From Promethearchaeota archaeon (GTDB lineage: Archaea; Asgardarchaeota; Lokiarchaeia; Sigyniarchaeales; SOKP01): a stretch of DNA of 50,054 bases. The translations under genes were made by a program, and so were the position numbers. Positions 29,733-41,500 of the stretch are shown here, one piece after another (the first letter of the stretch is position 1; each line of letters starts with the position of its first letter). The DNA lies in contig JAGXNO010000027.1 of the NCBI GenBank assembly GCA_019894975.1, forward strand, positions 1-50,054, written 5' to 3'. The notes below the pieces were generated by a model. The model worked only from the letters and a program-made list of their open reading frames with translations. It did not search any database and had not been told where the DNA came from.

Positions 29733-30377
29733 TTATTTTAGTTTTTGGGCATAAATGTATCTAAGCAGATGTGTATGCGGTCCACTATCACCATGATTTT
29801 CTGGTTCATCGATTATACCTATTTCTAAAAGATGAAAATCTTTAAAATGATCTATTAGATCAGCTTCTGTGAAATAATGAGTTGGTCTCCCTGGCTTACT
29901 TTCAAATGTATATTTTTCAATTTCTTTCCCATTACCAAAACTTGTTTCTTTATCTGAAAACACAGTAAAAAAGCAAACACCTCCAGGAGATAGCTGATTA
30001 TAACAGATTTTTAAGAAATTTATGCGATCATTAATAGTAAATAGATGTAAAACATTAAAACAAAAAATAGCGTCAATATTTTCTGTCCATTCGTCTACTT
30101 CAAGGACAGAACTATTTATAAATTTAGTTTTAGGGTCAAACTGTTTGCTAAGTTCGAAAGCTGCTTCAGATATCTCGATTCCTACAACCTGATACGTATT
30201 AGTTGAGAATAATTTTGTATGTCTCCCATATCCTGAACCAGGTACTAATACATTTTTAATTTTCTGCTTTTTAAATAAATCTAGGCAATGCAACGCAGAT
30301 TTGCTAGGTAAATTCCCCCAAATCTTACCTCCTTTTGAAAACCTATCATCCCAATAAGTTTTCTGGTCGATTTTCAT
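29733..30377 (-). CDS. Class I SAM-dependent methyltransferase
   Basis: YWDDRF, LVPGSGYGR motif I, GIEIS, LSPGG. Start placed at ATG 30377 to reduce overlap with the upstream gene. Confidence 0.88.
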   Translation of the reverse strand: MKIDQKTYWDDRFSKGGKIWGNLPSKSALHCLDLFKKQKIKNVLVPGSGYGRHTKLFSTNTYQVVGIEISEAAFELSKQFDPKTKFINSSVLEVDEWTENIDAIFCFNVLHLFTINDRINFLKICYNQLSPGGVCFFTVFSDKETSFGNGKEIEKYTFESKPGRPTHYFTEADLIDHFKDFHLLEIGIIDEPENHGDSGPHTHLLRYIYAQKLK

Positions 30378-31773
30378 GAGTATACGCTTGTAGTTTTTTT
30401 TTATAATTGTATAAATTAAGGAAAGCTTTAGCGGCTCTTTCAAAACTCGGAAAAACTGGAACTCCTGTTTCTAAGATTTTCTTTCTGTACTCTTCTCTAT
30501 CTTGATAATCAGTAAAAGGCAAAGAAAGAAAAAATGGTTTTCTTTGTTTGTTGCATAAATCTTTTAGAAATAATAGGTTTTCAAAATAGTTATCCCAAGC
30601 ATCCTTATCAAAAGGTTGATATGTTTCTGCTAACACACCACCTATATATGGTTCTTCTATTGCAATTTGAGCAATTTTTGAATATTCATCTGAGAAATTT
30701 TTCCAAGGAAGATCTAACGGATTTACCACACCCCCAAACCGTATTAATTTTTTCAATTTCGTCTTAGTTTTAGTACTGAATTCAGGTACAGTTGCTCCAA
30801 GTTGTGTAATTAAGTCAGAGGCAATGGTTGCATTACCACCTGACCAGGTTATTAATAAAATTCCTTTTTCTTCAGGGAGTAAATCTTTATAACGATTAAA
30901 CGCGAGAGTTGAGTCTATTAATTCTTCGAATGATCGAACTTGAATTGTGTTTGTTTGAGAAAAAACTGCATTCCAGATTTGATTGGAAGTTGTTAAACTA
31001 CCTGTATGAGATTCTGCAGATCTTTTTCCTGCATCTGTTTTTCCAGTCCTTAAAAAAATAATGGGTTTACTTACCTTCTTTAATAATTCATACAATTTCC
31101 TTCCTTCTTTAAGATGATATCTTGAAAAACCCTCGAAATAGATACTTATAATCTCAGTCCCATCGTCATCATTTAAATACTGAATAAGATCTGTTATGTT
31201 TAATGAAATTGAATTGCCGATGCTTGCACCAACTGAAAAATCAACACCGAGATAGTTTAAATTATTAACAAACCTTTCTGTAAGATCTCCAGATTGAGAA
31301 ATAATTGCGACCTTACCAATAGGATCTGCTTTGAAAGAAGCATTAAAGGTAAAACGTCCACCAGTTGAATATAATCCCATACAATTAGGTCCTATTGCTC
31401 GAGTGGAACTATTTTTTAATAAATTGTATATTTCATCTTCGATTTTTCTTCCCTCTTCATCAAATTCACCTGTTCCCGCTGAAAAAATATGAATAGTAGC
31501 AAAGTTCTTACTTATACATTTTTTTACAATATCAATTAATTGACTTCGATTAACTGCTATTATAGCGTGATCAATACCATCAGGAAGGTCACTCACATCT
31601 TTAACACAATCAATATCATAGATTTTATCACTTCCTTTGGAAATAAAATACAATTTTCCTTGATAATTCCTGTCAACATATCCTCTTAGCTGCCACATTC
31701 TCTTCTCTGAAGCACCTATAAAGGCTATAGTTTTCGGATAGAATAATTTTTCAAAATAATTTATCTGTGCCAC
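30346..31773 (-). CDS. ADP-forming acyl-CoA synthetase alpha-type subunit (CoA-binding)
   Basis: PKTIAFIGAS, IGPNCMG, SQSG, SHTGSL phospho-His, SGG, NPLD; GTG start. Confidence 0.88.
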   Translation of the reverse strand: MAQINYFEKLFYPKTIAFIGASEKRMWQLRGYVDRNYQGKLYFISKGSDKIYDIDCVKDVSDLPDGIDHAIIAVNRSQLIDIVKKCISKNFATIHIFSAGTGEFDEEGRKIEDEIYNLLKNSSTRAIGPNCMGLYSTGGRFTFNASFKADPIGKVAIISQSGDLTERFVNNLNYLGVDFSVGASIGNSISLNITDLIQYLNDDDGTEIISIYFEGFSRYHLKEGRKLYELLKKVSKPIIFLRTGKTDAGKRSAESHTGSLTTSNQIWNAVFSQTNTIQVRSFEELIDSTLAFNRYKDLLPEEKGILLITWSGGNATIASDLITQLGATVPEFSTKTKTKLKKLIRFGGVVNPLDLPWKNFSDEYSKIAQIAIEEPYIGGVLAETYQPFDKDAWDNYFENLLFLKDLCNKQRKPFFLSLPFTDYQDREEYRKKILETGVPVFPSFERAAKAFLNLYNYKKKLQAYTHENRPENLLG

Positions 31774-31906
31774 GCGTGTAAAAATATATTTTCGAAATTA
31801 AGTTTAATGAATGAAATATAAAAAGAAAAGAAACACTCCAAAATCATATTAAAAATACAATCAAGTTGATAAGTTATTCATTTATAACATAATATGCATA
31901 AGAAAA

Positions 31907-33220
31907 TTGGATAGTGATCAAATGAATTCAAACGAATCAGACCCGATAACTTGGTTAAGAAATAATCAAGATAAGCTTGTATCATTCATACAAGACATAG
32001 TTCGGATTCCCAGTGTTTCTGGAAAGGAAGAAGAAGTCCAAAAAGCAATTTTTAAAAAGCTTTCTGAATTGAATCTTGAACCTAAATATGTATATCCAGA
32101 TATCGAAGAATTACGGAAAAGTGATGCTTTTTTCGAAACAACTTCTTTTACTAAGTATGGTTATAAGGATCGACCTAATGTAGCCGGAATCCTTAAAGGA
32201 ACTGGAGATGGTCGATCAATATGTCTTAATGGGCATGTTGATGTAGTTAGCCCAGAACCGATAGAACACTGGACTTATGATCCATGGGGTGGTGAGAAGG
32301 TAGATGACTTTATTTATGGTCGAGGCGCGGGAGACATGAAAGCAGGTGTTGCATCCATAATTTTTGCTCTTCAAGCTCTTAAGGAAACGAATACTAAATT
32401 AAAAGGTGATGTTTTTATAGAAACTACTATTGACGAAGAAGATGGTGGTATAGGAGGGTGTCTTTATATGCGTTTAACTCAACCAAAAACAGATGCTGCA
32501 ATAATACCTGAGCCTGGTGGTAATGCTATTGGTGTTGCTAGTGCAGGAGTCATGTATTTTCGTGTTATTGTTACTGGTATTCCCGCACATGCAGCTACAG
32601 CACATTTCGGTGTAAACGCAATTGTTAAGATGGTCCCTATAATAGAAGCTCTTAAATCTTTAAACATTAAAAGGCAGAAGGAAATTACGTACAAATATGC
32701 AGAAGCAGATCCAACCATGAAGGGGAAAGCGACGACTATCAACATTGGTGTCATAAAAGCAGGAGATTGGCCTTCAACAGTACCAGCTCTTTCTATTCTT
32801 GAATGTCGAATTGGATTCCCTCCTGGTGAAACCCGAGAAATGGTTATCAATCAAATTGAGGAAACTATTAAAAATGTTTCAAACAGAGATCCATGGCTAA
32901 AGGATAATCCCCCTAAAATTGAATGGTTTGGTTGGAAAGCAAGTCCTCATGAACAGAATCCTGAACACCCTTTCGTAAGATTATTAAAAAAAAATACAAA
33001 ACAAATAGCTGGGATTGATCCTACTTACTATGGTGGTACAGCAGGGCTTGATGTTCGATTCTTTGTGCATTATGGTACACCTGCTGTAACATTTGGACCA
33101 TTTGCAGAAAAAATCCACTCAATTGACGAAAGAGTTTCTATTAGTTCAACCTTAAAAACAACAGAAATAATTCTTAGCACAATTATGGATTGGTGTGAAG
33201 TTGAAAAAAAGAATAAATAG
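31907..33220 (+). CDS. M20 ArgE/DapE-family deacylase
   Basis: LNGHVDVV, YGRGAGDMKAG, DEE, PEP, HSIDE. Confidence 0.9.
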   Translation: MDSDQMNSNESDPITWLRNNQDKLVSFIQDIVRIPSVSGKEEEVQKAIFKKLSELNLEPKYVYPDIEELRKSDAFFETTSFTKYGYKDRPNVAGILKGTGDGRSICLNGHVDVVSPEPIEHWTYDPWGGEKVDDFIYGRGAGDMKAGVASIIFALQALKETNTKLKGDVFIETTIDEEDGGIGGCLYMRLTQPKTDAAIIPEPGGNAIGVASAGVMYFRVIVTGIPAHAATAHFGVNAIVKMVPIIEALKSLNIKRQKEITYKYAEADPTMKGKATTINIGVIKAGDWPSTVPALSILECRIGFPPGETREMVINQIEETIKNVSNRDPWLKDNPPKIEWFGWKASPHEQNPEHPFVRLLKKNTKQIAGIDPTYYGGTAGLDVRFFVHYGTPAVTFGPFAEKIHSIDERVSISSTLKTTEIILSTIMDWCEVEKKNK

Positions 33221-33234
33221 ATTTTAATTATTCT

Positions 33235-34506
33235 CTAATTTCTTTTTTCTAAAATTTGAAGGTTTTCTTCAATAATCTTAAAGCCTTGTTCTAACTCTTC
33301 ATCTTGTATTATAAGGGGCATAAGTAACCTTATTGTATTCCCATATTTTCCACAGGTTAGAATTACTAAGCCTTTTTTGTGGCATAAATTGACTAATTCT
33401 ATAGCTTTTTCTTTATCTGGTTTATTAGCTTCAGGATCAATTATTTCAAATGCTAACATTGAACCTATACCGTGAATAGTTCCAACGATATCATATTTAT
33501 TTTGCCAGATCTCAAGTTGTTTTTTCAATTTCTCACCTAAAACTTCAGCTTTGTGTAATAAATCATCTTCTTTAAATATATCAAGAACCGCTAAAGCAGC
33601 TCTACAAGCAACGGGATTACCACCAAAAGTTCCGCCTAGTCCACCTATATGAGGAGAATCCATAATTTCTTTACGACCGATTATTGCACTCAATGGTAAT
33701 CCTGCAGCTAGACTTTTTGCCAAAAGAATAATGTCAGGAACTACATTCCAATGTTCTATCGCAAACATTTTTCCAGTTCGTCCCATTCCAGATTGAATTT
33801 CATCGGCAATCAGCAAAATTCCATATTCCTGACAAATCTCGGCAATTTGAGGGAAAAATTCTGGGGGCGGAGTAATAAAACCACCTTCCCCTTGAACTGG
33901 CTCTGCAATAATTGCGGCGACGTTTTCTGGAGCAACATGGTCAATAAGAAAAGTCTCAAATAATTTAACGTCACCAAATGGGATTCGATAGATCTCCGGA
34001 GCAAATGGTCCAAAACCTAATTTATAGGGTTTTACCTTGCTCGTTAGACTCATACCCATAAGCGTCCTTCCATGGAATGCATTTTCAAAAGTAATTATAC
34101 CTGATCGTTTCGTGTAATATCTGGCAATTTTAATTGCATTTTCTACGGCTTCAGCTCCACTATTAGCAAAGAAAGCCATTTTAGGGAAATCTCCGGGTGC
34201 AATTTCACAGAGTCTTTTTGCCAATTCTATATATGGTTCATACATTGCGACATGAAAGCACGTATGTATATATTTTTCTGCTTGATCTTTAATAGCTCGT
34301 ACAACTTTAGGATGACAATGGCCTACATTGACTGTTGCTATTCCACCTGCAAAATCTATCATTTCAAAGCCTTCAACATCAGTCATTTTAGAGCCATTAG
34401 CTTTGCTGATGAAGGATGGAATAGTATTGTAAACAGCTTTAGGAACATATTTTTTTCTTATTTCAAGCAGATTTCTATTATTTTTCGTGTTTTCTTCTTC
34501 TTTCAT
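33235..34506 (-). CDS. gabT: 4-aminobutyrate/5-aminovalerate aminotransferase
   Basis: IDFAGGI, HTCFHV, NSGAEAVENAIKIAR, EPVQGEGGF, DEIQSG, AKSLAAG, GGTFGGNP. Confidence 0.88.
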   Translation of the reverse strand: MKEEENTKNNRNLLEIRKKYVPKAVYNTIPSFISKANGSKMTDVEGFEMIDFAGGIATVNVGHCHPKVVRAIKDQAEKYIHTCFHVAMYEPYIELAKRLCEIAPGDFPKMAFFANSGAEAVENAIKIARYYTKRSGIITFENAFHGRTLMGMSLTSKVKPYKLGFGPFAPEIYRIPFGDVKLFETFLIDHVAPENVAAIIAEPVQGEGGFITPPPEFFPQIAEICQEYGILLIADEIQSGMGRTGKMFAIEHWNVVPDIILLAKSLAAGLPLSAIIGRKEIMDSPHIGGLGGTFGGNPVACRAALAVLDIFKEDDLLHKAEVLGEKLKKQLEIWQNKYDIVGTIHGIGSMLAFEIIDPEANKPDKEKAIELVNLCHKKGLVILTCGKYGNTIRLLMPLIIQDEELEQGFKIIEENLQILEKRN

Positions 34507-34559
34507 TATATTGCTCGTTTATTTAATTCAGATTATTATCTTCTTTTTACTGTTCAAGT

Positions 34560-35408
34560 TTATCTAAATGATGGGATTATTTCTTCTGCAAATTTTTTTA
34601 CTGTATCCGTTAATTTTGTAGTTCGTTGAAAACTCGCTAGAAAATAACCGGCACCGGAATCGACAGCTTTTTCCACTTTTGTAAGGTATTCTCCTATATC
34701 CGTAGGCATCATTTCTCCCGCCATAAATGCTACTTTATCAACACGATTATGAAGTTTTGCTGCATCTATAACAGTTTGCTTCATTTCCTCGGGATTCTTT
34801 CCAGGCCAAGGAGGAATAAAACAGATATCTCCATATTGTCCTGCTAATTTTAGCATTCGAGTCCCTTGACTACCAAAGATAAGTTTTGGATAGGGCTTTT
34901 GTAAGGGTTTTGGATCCAATATAGCTCCTTTGGCTTGATAATACTTACCTTCAAAATCTACCTTAGTTTTTGTCCATAATTGGATCATCAAATCAAGGCC
35001 TTCATATGTTTTATCCACTCTAATGCTTGGACTACTCCATTCACTATATCCTTCAAACTCTATTTGAGACCATCCAGCACCTACTCCAACCATTGTTCGT
35101 CCACCAGATAATACGTCCGCTGTCGAAATCATTTTAGCTAATACACCTGGAGGTCGAAAGGGAATTGGGGTAACTAGTGTACCAATTTTAATTTTTTCTG
35201 TTTTTCCTAATAAATGTGATATTGTCATCCATGTTTCAAGTGTTCTATTACTATCTTCTCTTTGGTGCCATGGCAATTCCCCCCACATATAATGATCGGG
35301 TAGTATTGCCCCATCAAAACCACATTTATCTGCTTCTATTATGGCTTCTTTAATAAGTGTATAATCATTATACCAATTTCCTAGTCCACCTAAAATGAAT
35401 TTCATCAT
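34560..35408 (-). CDS. LLM-class flavin/F420-dependent oxidoreductase
   Basis: PDH, GTLVTPIPFRPPGVLAK, DVLSGGR, GVGAGW, PKPLQKPYP. Confidence 0.88.
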   Translation of the reverse strand: MMKFILGGLGNWYNDYTLIKEAIIEADKCGFDGAILPDHYMWGELPWHQREDSNRTLETWMTISHLLGKTEKIKIGTLVTPIPFRPPGVLAKMISTADVLSGGRTMVGVGAGWSQIEFEGYSEWSSPSIRVDKTYEGLDLMIQLWTKTKVDFEGKYYQAKGAILDPKPLQKPYPKLIFGSQGTRMLKLAGQYGDICFIPPWPGKNPEEMKQTVIDAAKLHNRVDKVAFMAGEMMPTDIGEYLTKVEKAVDSGAGYFLASFQRTTKLTDTVKKFAEEIIPSFR

Positions 35409-35554
35409 AATACTATTTTATTCCTCAAGTAATATTAATTTATATATTGAATCCCAATCTTGGATGTGATATAATTGTAGATCGTGAAACAGACCTTTCA
35501 AGAACAAATGTATATCTCATAGTATTACAGGCATAATATGGAGATATTATTTTT

Positions 35555-35995
35555 TTACCCTCTGAATTCCCCAAATTGAATATGTTCTTTTCCTTCTTCA
35601 AAACCGTTCTTTCTATAGAATTTTAATGTCTTTTTATTTAATTTTGGAGCATAGAGAATAATGAATCCCAAGTTTTTTTCATCGCACCTCTTTCTAAAAG
35701 CTTGGATTAACTTAGTTCCAATACCTTGTCCTCTATTTTTTTGCTCCACAGCTAATAATGATAAGTTTGCATTATTACCTTTCATAGGTTCCCCAAGAAT
35801 ATATCCTTTAACTTCACTGTTTATTTCCGCGACTAAAAACATCTCATCATCATCAATACATGCTTTGAAATAATCTTCAGGTATATAACTACCCCCTGCT
35901 GGTTTTAATTCCTTTATTTTACTTAATTCTACACAGATTTTGCAATCTCTAATTTCAGCGGGTCTTATTGTAATCAAATTATTATTAATATCCAT
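35555..35995 (-). CDS. GNAT N-acetyltransferase
   Basis: LAVEQKNRGQGIG acetyl-CoA motif; KFYRKNGF. Confidence 0.88.
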   Translation of the reverse strand: MDINNNLITIRPAEIRDCKICVELSKIKELKPAGGSYIPEDYFKACIDDDEMFLVAEINSEVKGYILGEPMKGNNANLSLLAVEQKNRGQGIGTKLIQAFRKRCDEKNLGFIILYAPKLNKKTLKFYRKNGFEEGKEHIQFGEFRG

Positions 35996-36003
35996 TTAAT
36001 ACA

Positions 36004-36384
36004 CTAATCTCCTTTCTTTACATTTCCCTTAAAAGATGAAAATTGTAAAAACATTTTAGCATCTCCTTCAATTCTAGCAAAAATGTTTACTGGAGAAGCT
36101 GCTTTTGGTTTATCATCTTTACTTGCAGGTGTAGGTCCAAAAAAGATACAAAAACCATTACCACTGGGCCAATATCCAATATCCCCTACTTCACAGTCAA
36201 CTTGGGAATTTTCTTCCCCCTGTGAAACAGGAATCTCACCATAAAGTTCCTCACCCCATCGACTCAGATTAACTTCAAACGGTAACGCATTCCATATCGC
36301 TTCACATGTTTTGGGATTCTTATCAGCGAGTAACTTCGCTCTGATCTGTCCTAATTTTTCATTTTCAATTATTATATATTCCAT
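36004..36384 (-). CDS. Cyclophilin-like fold protein (DUF369 type)
   Basis: NPKTCEAIWNALP, RWGEELY, VGDIGYWP, FCIFFGPTP. Confidence 0.85.
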   Translation of the reverse strand: MEYIIIENEKLGQIRAKLLADKNPKTCEAIWNALPFEVNLSRWGEELYGEIPVSQGEENSQVDCEVGDIGYWPSGNGFCIFFGPTPASKDDKPKAASPVNIFARIEGDAKMFLQFSSFKGNVKKGD

Positions 36385-36466
36385 TTCGAACTCATATCCA
36401 AAATATTTTTTTATATGAAATTAAGCAATTTTATTATTTAAACGATATTGATATTAAATTGAGCAT

Positions 36467-37279
36467 ATGATTTTAGAAAAAACTCTTGAACATATTAAGC
36501 AAATCTTCCAAATCCATGAAATTATTCCCCCAAAAGTAACTAAAATTGTAATAGGATTAGGCTACACGGGGGTCAGAGTTTCTGCTTATGGCTCAGAGTC
36601 TGTTATAGGACTTGCTTCTACCCTATCTAGCCTTATTACTAGTGATGAATGTAGCAAAGTTAACTTTGCGGGAGATCTTACAAACAAGAACCTATTAGAA
36701 TTATTGGAATGGTCATATCTTCCCCCCAGCTTAAAAAGAATTATAGGTATCGCTACTCTAAACGCGGTGTCTCAGTATATTTTAAAAATACAAAATCCTT
36801 ACTTCAAGGTAGAAGAAGATCTAGTCGATTATTTAGGGTTAAATCTGGATACGAAAATAACGATCATTGGACTGATGAAACCCCTTATTCGAAAGTTAAG
36901 CAAAAAAACATTGAATATTACCTTGGTAGAGGATAGAATTAAAAAACCACTGGAATTCAATAAATTTGATTTTCACTCAAATATCGATGAATTAAATGAG
37001 GAGGATCTCTCTACTGATATTTTGTTTTGTACGGGAACTGTTTTAATAAATAATACAATTGAAAAAATATTAGATCTTTTTAGAGGAATAGCTCGAAAAA
37101 TAATAGTAATAGGACCGTCTGTTGGTCTTTTACCAGATATTTTGTTTGAATATGGGGTAGATATAGTAGGGGGAATGGAAATTTTAGATACGAAGGCAAC
37201 CTTGAAAGTATTGCAAGAAGGAGGAGGGACACAAATGTTTAAAAATTTTGGCAAAAAGTACAATTTATTAAATAAATAA
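36467..37279 (+). CDS. DUF364 / Rossmann-like domain protein
   Basis: IGLGYTGV, IGIATLNA, TGTVLINNT, GPS..LLPD.LF..GV..VGG. Confidence 0.8.
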   Translation: MILEKTLEHIKQIFQIHEIIPPKVTKIVIGLGYTGVRVSAYGSESVIGLASTLSSLITSDECSKVNFAGDLTNKNLLELLEWSYLPPSLKRIIGIATLNAVSQYILKIQNPYFKVEEDLVDYLGLNLDTKITIIGLMKPLIRKLSKKTLNITLVEDRIKKPLEFNKFDFHSNIDELNEEDLSTDILFCTGTVLINNTIEKILDLFRGIARKIIVIGPSVGLLPDILFEYGVDIVGGMEILDTKATLKVLQEGGGTQMFKNFGKKYNLLNK

Positions 37280-37331
37280 ACTAATATTGTTTTAACCCCC
37301 TATTTTTAAAAACCATTCTAACTAGTTCAAT

Positions 37332-37859
37332 ATGATAGCGGATTATACATTTAAGTTAATTGTCATTGGACCTGCTGCGGTTGGCAAAACAAGCCTTATT
37401 AGAAGGTTTGTCGAGAATAGATTCTCGTTTAACTATAAATCTACAATTGGTGTAGATTTTTTAGCTAAGACAATGCGATTAAAAGGAGATAAAATCGTTA
37501 AATTAGCGATCTGGGACGTAGGGGGTCAAGCGCGCTTTAGATTCTTACGACGCAATTTCTATGAAGGAACTCATGGTGCTATATTGGTGTTTGATCTCTC
37601 AAGAGCCAATACATCCCCCAAAATGAAAGATTGGCTTATCGATATGCGTAGTATAATTGAGTATAAAATTCCTCTATTAATATTGGGTAATAAGTCTGAT
37701 TTACTCTCTGAAGTTGGCGAAGTTATCGATAGAGAGGAACCGAAAAGGTTTGCTGAACAAGAAGAAAGTTTTTACCTTGAAACATCGGCAAAAACCGGCA
37801 ATAATGTTGAACAAGCGTTTAATGAATTTACCAAACAAATGTTAAAATCTAATTCTTGA
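37332..37859 (+). CDS. Rab-like small GTPase
   Basis: GPAAVGKT, STIGVDF, WDVGGQ, NKSD, ETSAK. Confidence 0.93.
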   Translation: MIADYTFKLIVIGPAAVGKTSLIRRFVENRFSFNYKSTIGVDFLAKTMRLKGDKIVKLAIWDVGGQARFRFLRRNFYEGTHGAILVFDLSRANTSPKMKDWLIDMRSIIEYKIPLLILGNKSDLLSEVGEVIDREEPKRFAEQEESFYLETSAKTGNNVEQAFNEFTKQMLKSNS

Positions 37860-38007
37860 TGAAATTCTTTTAAAAAGTAAAATCATAAATTATTGGGGAT
37901 TTTACTGTTTTTTATTGCTCCTATTTATATCAATCGTTTTTGTAAATGTTTAAATATATGACTTAGATTATTTATTAGAGTCGTATAATATTATCAAAGT
38001 TATTTCG

Positions 38008-38532
38008 ATGCCGTTATTTGTTTTTAAAGTAATTATCATTGGAGCAGGTGCAGTAGGAAAAACCAGTCTACTGCATAGATTTGTAGAAAAGAGTTTTAAC
38101 TTTAGATACAAGCTTACAATCGGAGCTGATTTTTTATCAAAAGTAATTGAAGGATTTCCGGACAGCGATACTACATGTAAATTACAAATATGGGATATTG
38201 GGGGCCAGGAAAGATATAAATTTCTACGTTCGAGTTTTTTTGATGGGGCAAATGGAGCATTAATAGTTTTTGATATTTCTAGATGGCATACATTTGAAGA
38301 ATTAACTGAATGGCTTTCAGATTTACAAGAATTTGCGGGAAAAGGTGTCCCTTTTATCTTAATAGGGAACAAACTTGATTTGATTAAAGATGTTTATGGT
38401 GATTATGACAAAAAAGAAGTTGAAGAGTTTGCCAATAAGGAGAATGGTTATTATATAGAAACGTCGGCTAAAACAGGTGAAAATGTAGAAACTGCATTTT
38501 ACGATCTAACTCAAAAAATGATTAAAAATTAG
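38008..38532 (+). CDS. Rab-like small GTPase
   Basis: GAGAVGKT, TIGADF, WDIGGQERY, NKLD, ETSAK. Confidence 0.93.
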   Translation: MPLFVFKVIIIGAGAVGKTSLLHRFVEKSFNFRYKLTIGADFLSKVIEGFPDSDTTCKLQIWDIGGQERYKFLRSSFFDGANGALIVFDISRWHTFEELTEWLSDLQEFAGKGVPFILIGNKLDLIKDVYGDYDKKEVEEFANKENGYYIETSAKTGENVETAFYDLTQKMIKN

Positions 38533-38572
38533 CACTTGCAATAACAATTTTAAAGATTTTTATATCTACTTA

Positions 38573-41500
38573 CTAATCAATGATTCTAATAAATGCAAAA
38601 GATAATAAATTCGTATAGAACTTAGCTAAGTTACGTCTTTTCATTTCATTTGTTAGATCTTCATGTTCAAAAGCGAGATCATCTAATTTTTTCGTTATAA
38701 TAGTTATATCTTTCTTAATAAACCTGATTTCTTCCTCTAAATCTTGCATATCTTGTAACCTTTGCTTTTTCCTTTCCTCATCTTTTAAGCTATTAATATT
38801 CTGTAGTTGTCGTTGTGTTGGTCTATTCTTTTCTTTTTGTTCTAACCTTTGTTTTAAAGAGCTAATCCTTAAATTTAGTGTTTTTTTGTTATTTTCATGC
38901 ATTTTCTTTTTTTTTACTCTTTCTGAATTATAGATTTTATCATTTAACCTCTTTATTTCTCCTTTCCATATTGAAGTTTTAGACTTAACGATTTTTTTTG
39001 CACTATTTTGAAGATTTAGTATCAGATCTATGTCCAGATTTAGTTTTTCTTTCCCTCTGTTGAATTGAAACAATTTATCATAGCTTTGTATATCAGATAG
39101 AGTACTTTCAAAATTTTCTAATTCTGTTCCTTCCTTGTCCAATATTATGGATAAAATCTGACTTTCTATAATGTATCCTTGAAATTTAACAACGAAGATA
39201 AAGAGATAGAACTCCTTTCTTGCGGCTAAGTCAATAATAAGATGATATGGTAAGTTTTCTTTTTTCATTTCAAGTATAGTATAATTACCTTTAAAAGAAT
39301 CATTCCTACAAAAATCTATAACAGCATTAATGAGGGGATGACCTAAAGCAAAAAAATCAATTTCTTCTCTCTCCTTAGCAAATTCTAAGTCAAATGTGCC
39401 AGTATATTCATTCGATAGATTAAATCTTGTTTTTCTCAGAAAACTATCAGTAAGTTTAATCTTAGATAAAATAGTTTCTTGTAATTTTTCTTGGACGAGG
39501 TCTGACTTAATATTTTTTATGAAACCATATTTATTGTTAAATAAGCTTAAGAAATAATTAATAAGAAAATAAAGCTCATTATGAGTTAACTTTACATCAA
39601 CACAAGAGGCTAAAGAGCCAATAAGACCTTCCATTTGGAATGATTTTTTGTCAATCATTAAATCATCTAATTGCATTTCGATTTCTTTTGCCTTTTTTAT
39701 CTCGTCGTCTAAAGTACGATAAAATTCATTCAAATTCTTCCTCTTTTTGCCGTCATCCTCGGCAAAGATTACATTTTTAAGATCTTTTTCAACTTTACCT
39801 ATAATAGGTTCTAAAATTCCTATGGATTCTTCAAATAAATCAATCCTTTTGATTAGAGCATAAACAACATCCGTTTCTACAGTTCCTTCCATATAAAAAT
39901 TATAAATAAAAATTTCACGTGATTCTTGCCCAATTCTATCAACACGACCGATTCTTTGCTCAAGTTTCATAGGATTCCAGGGTAAATCATAATTAATAAT
40001 TGTTCTACAGAACTGAAAATTACGGCCTTCACCACCAATTTCGGTTGATAACAATATTGCAAAACCTTTTTGATTACGAAATCGCTCAATTGCCTCATCC
40101 TTCTGTTGCTTGTCTAATCCTCCAAAAAAGGTTTCTACATAATACTTATTTACCTGTTTCTTTATTAAATCCTTTAAGAATTTAAGCGTGTCTACAAATT
40201 GGGTAAATACTATTACTTTCTCATTGACATTATGAGAATATATATTATTAAGGATGTCAATTAATTTATCAGATTTCGAATCATAAGGAATGTTATTTAA
40301 TTTATCGTAAAACTCTTTTAAAATCTTTTCCTGATTGAAGATAGTAATACTTTCTTCAATTTGTTTTTCTGTTAATTTATCTTTAAGGTTATCAAATGAT
40401 TCAGAATCGAGGAACTCTTCTTCAAGCTCCAGTTCAAAAAATTCAGGATTTTCTTCTTTTATAACATCTAAATTTAGAAAAATACCCTTATAACGAGTAA
40501 TCTGTTCTAACCTTCTCTCTAGACTCTTGAGGATTGCATATTTAGAGCTTGTCAATAACTTCTGTAGGGTAGTAATTACAAATCCCAGTCCTACATTTTC
40601 TTTACTTATAGAAGAATTATAGATTTGCGCAAGATATAACCGAATTTCATTGTAGACATCTAGTTCTTCTTTAGTTGGATTAACAATGATCGTATTGACA
40701 ATCCTTTTATTAATAAATTCTTCTGTAAAAACGTTTTTTTTTCGATTTCTAATGATTAATTTAGATAGAGTATGATCTTCCTCAATTCTTCTAAACAATT
40801 TGGATTTAAATGACTCATCACTTAGTTCATCTAGAATTTGTTTATTATTCTTAGTTTTATCAATGTAGTGCAGATCTCTTAACAGTTTTATGGTGTTTTT
40901 TACTTCAAAATTATTTAATTTACCAATATGATTTATATTAGCTATAAGGAGATTAATAAAAGGTAGATTCTTCCTAAAATGTTCAAATTCGCTAAAAGAA
41001 GCAAAGACTTCAGGGTGAATAAGTTCAATTAAAGAAAATAACTCAAATGAATGAAGTTGCAACGGTGTTGCTGTTAATAATAACATACTTTCAGAAACAG
41101 TACTTAAATTTCGAGCTAATTCATAATTTAGCGTTTCTCTATATCTCCCCGTAGTTGCATTTATTAGGTATCGTCGTAAATGGTGTGCTTCATCAAAAAT
41201 CACAATATCCCATGAAATCCTTGACAATAGTTCTATATACTTTCGACTTCGTGCAAATTGAAGTGAACAGATAATTAAATTATCATAATAAAAGGGATTT
41301 CGCAGTAAATCCCCACTCTTATAATAACCATTCCGTTCCAGTTCCTTTACTTTTTTTCCATCATAGATGGTAAATCTAATATGGAATTTATTTTCTAGCT
41401 CGAACTTCCATTGCTGAACAAGTGATGCAGGTACGATAATTAAAATTTTCTCGGCAAGATTCCGAGCCATCATCTCTTTCATATATATTCCTGCTTCTAT

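Noticed and set aside
35512-35547. Hairpin ATATCTC...GAGATAT between the LLM and GNAT genes
   Set aside because: It is a short AT-rich stem without a SECIS or K-turn signature and is not distinguishable from background.
31907-35995. N-acetyl-beta-lysine or ectoine-type catabolic operon (ArgE-like, GabT, GNAT)
   Set aside because: The deacylase is convergent with gabT and 12 kb from kam; nothing in the sequence fixes the substrates.
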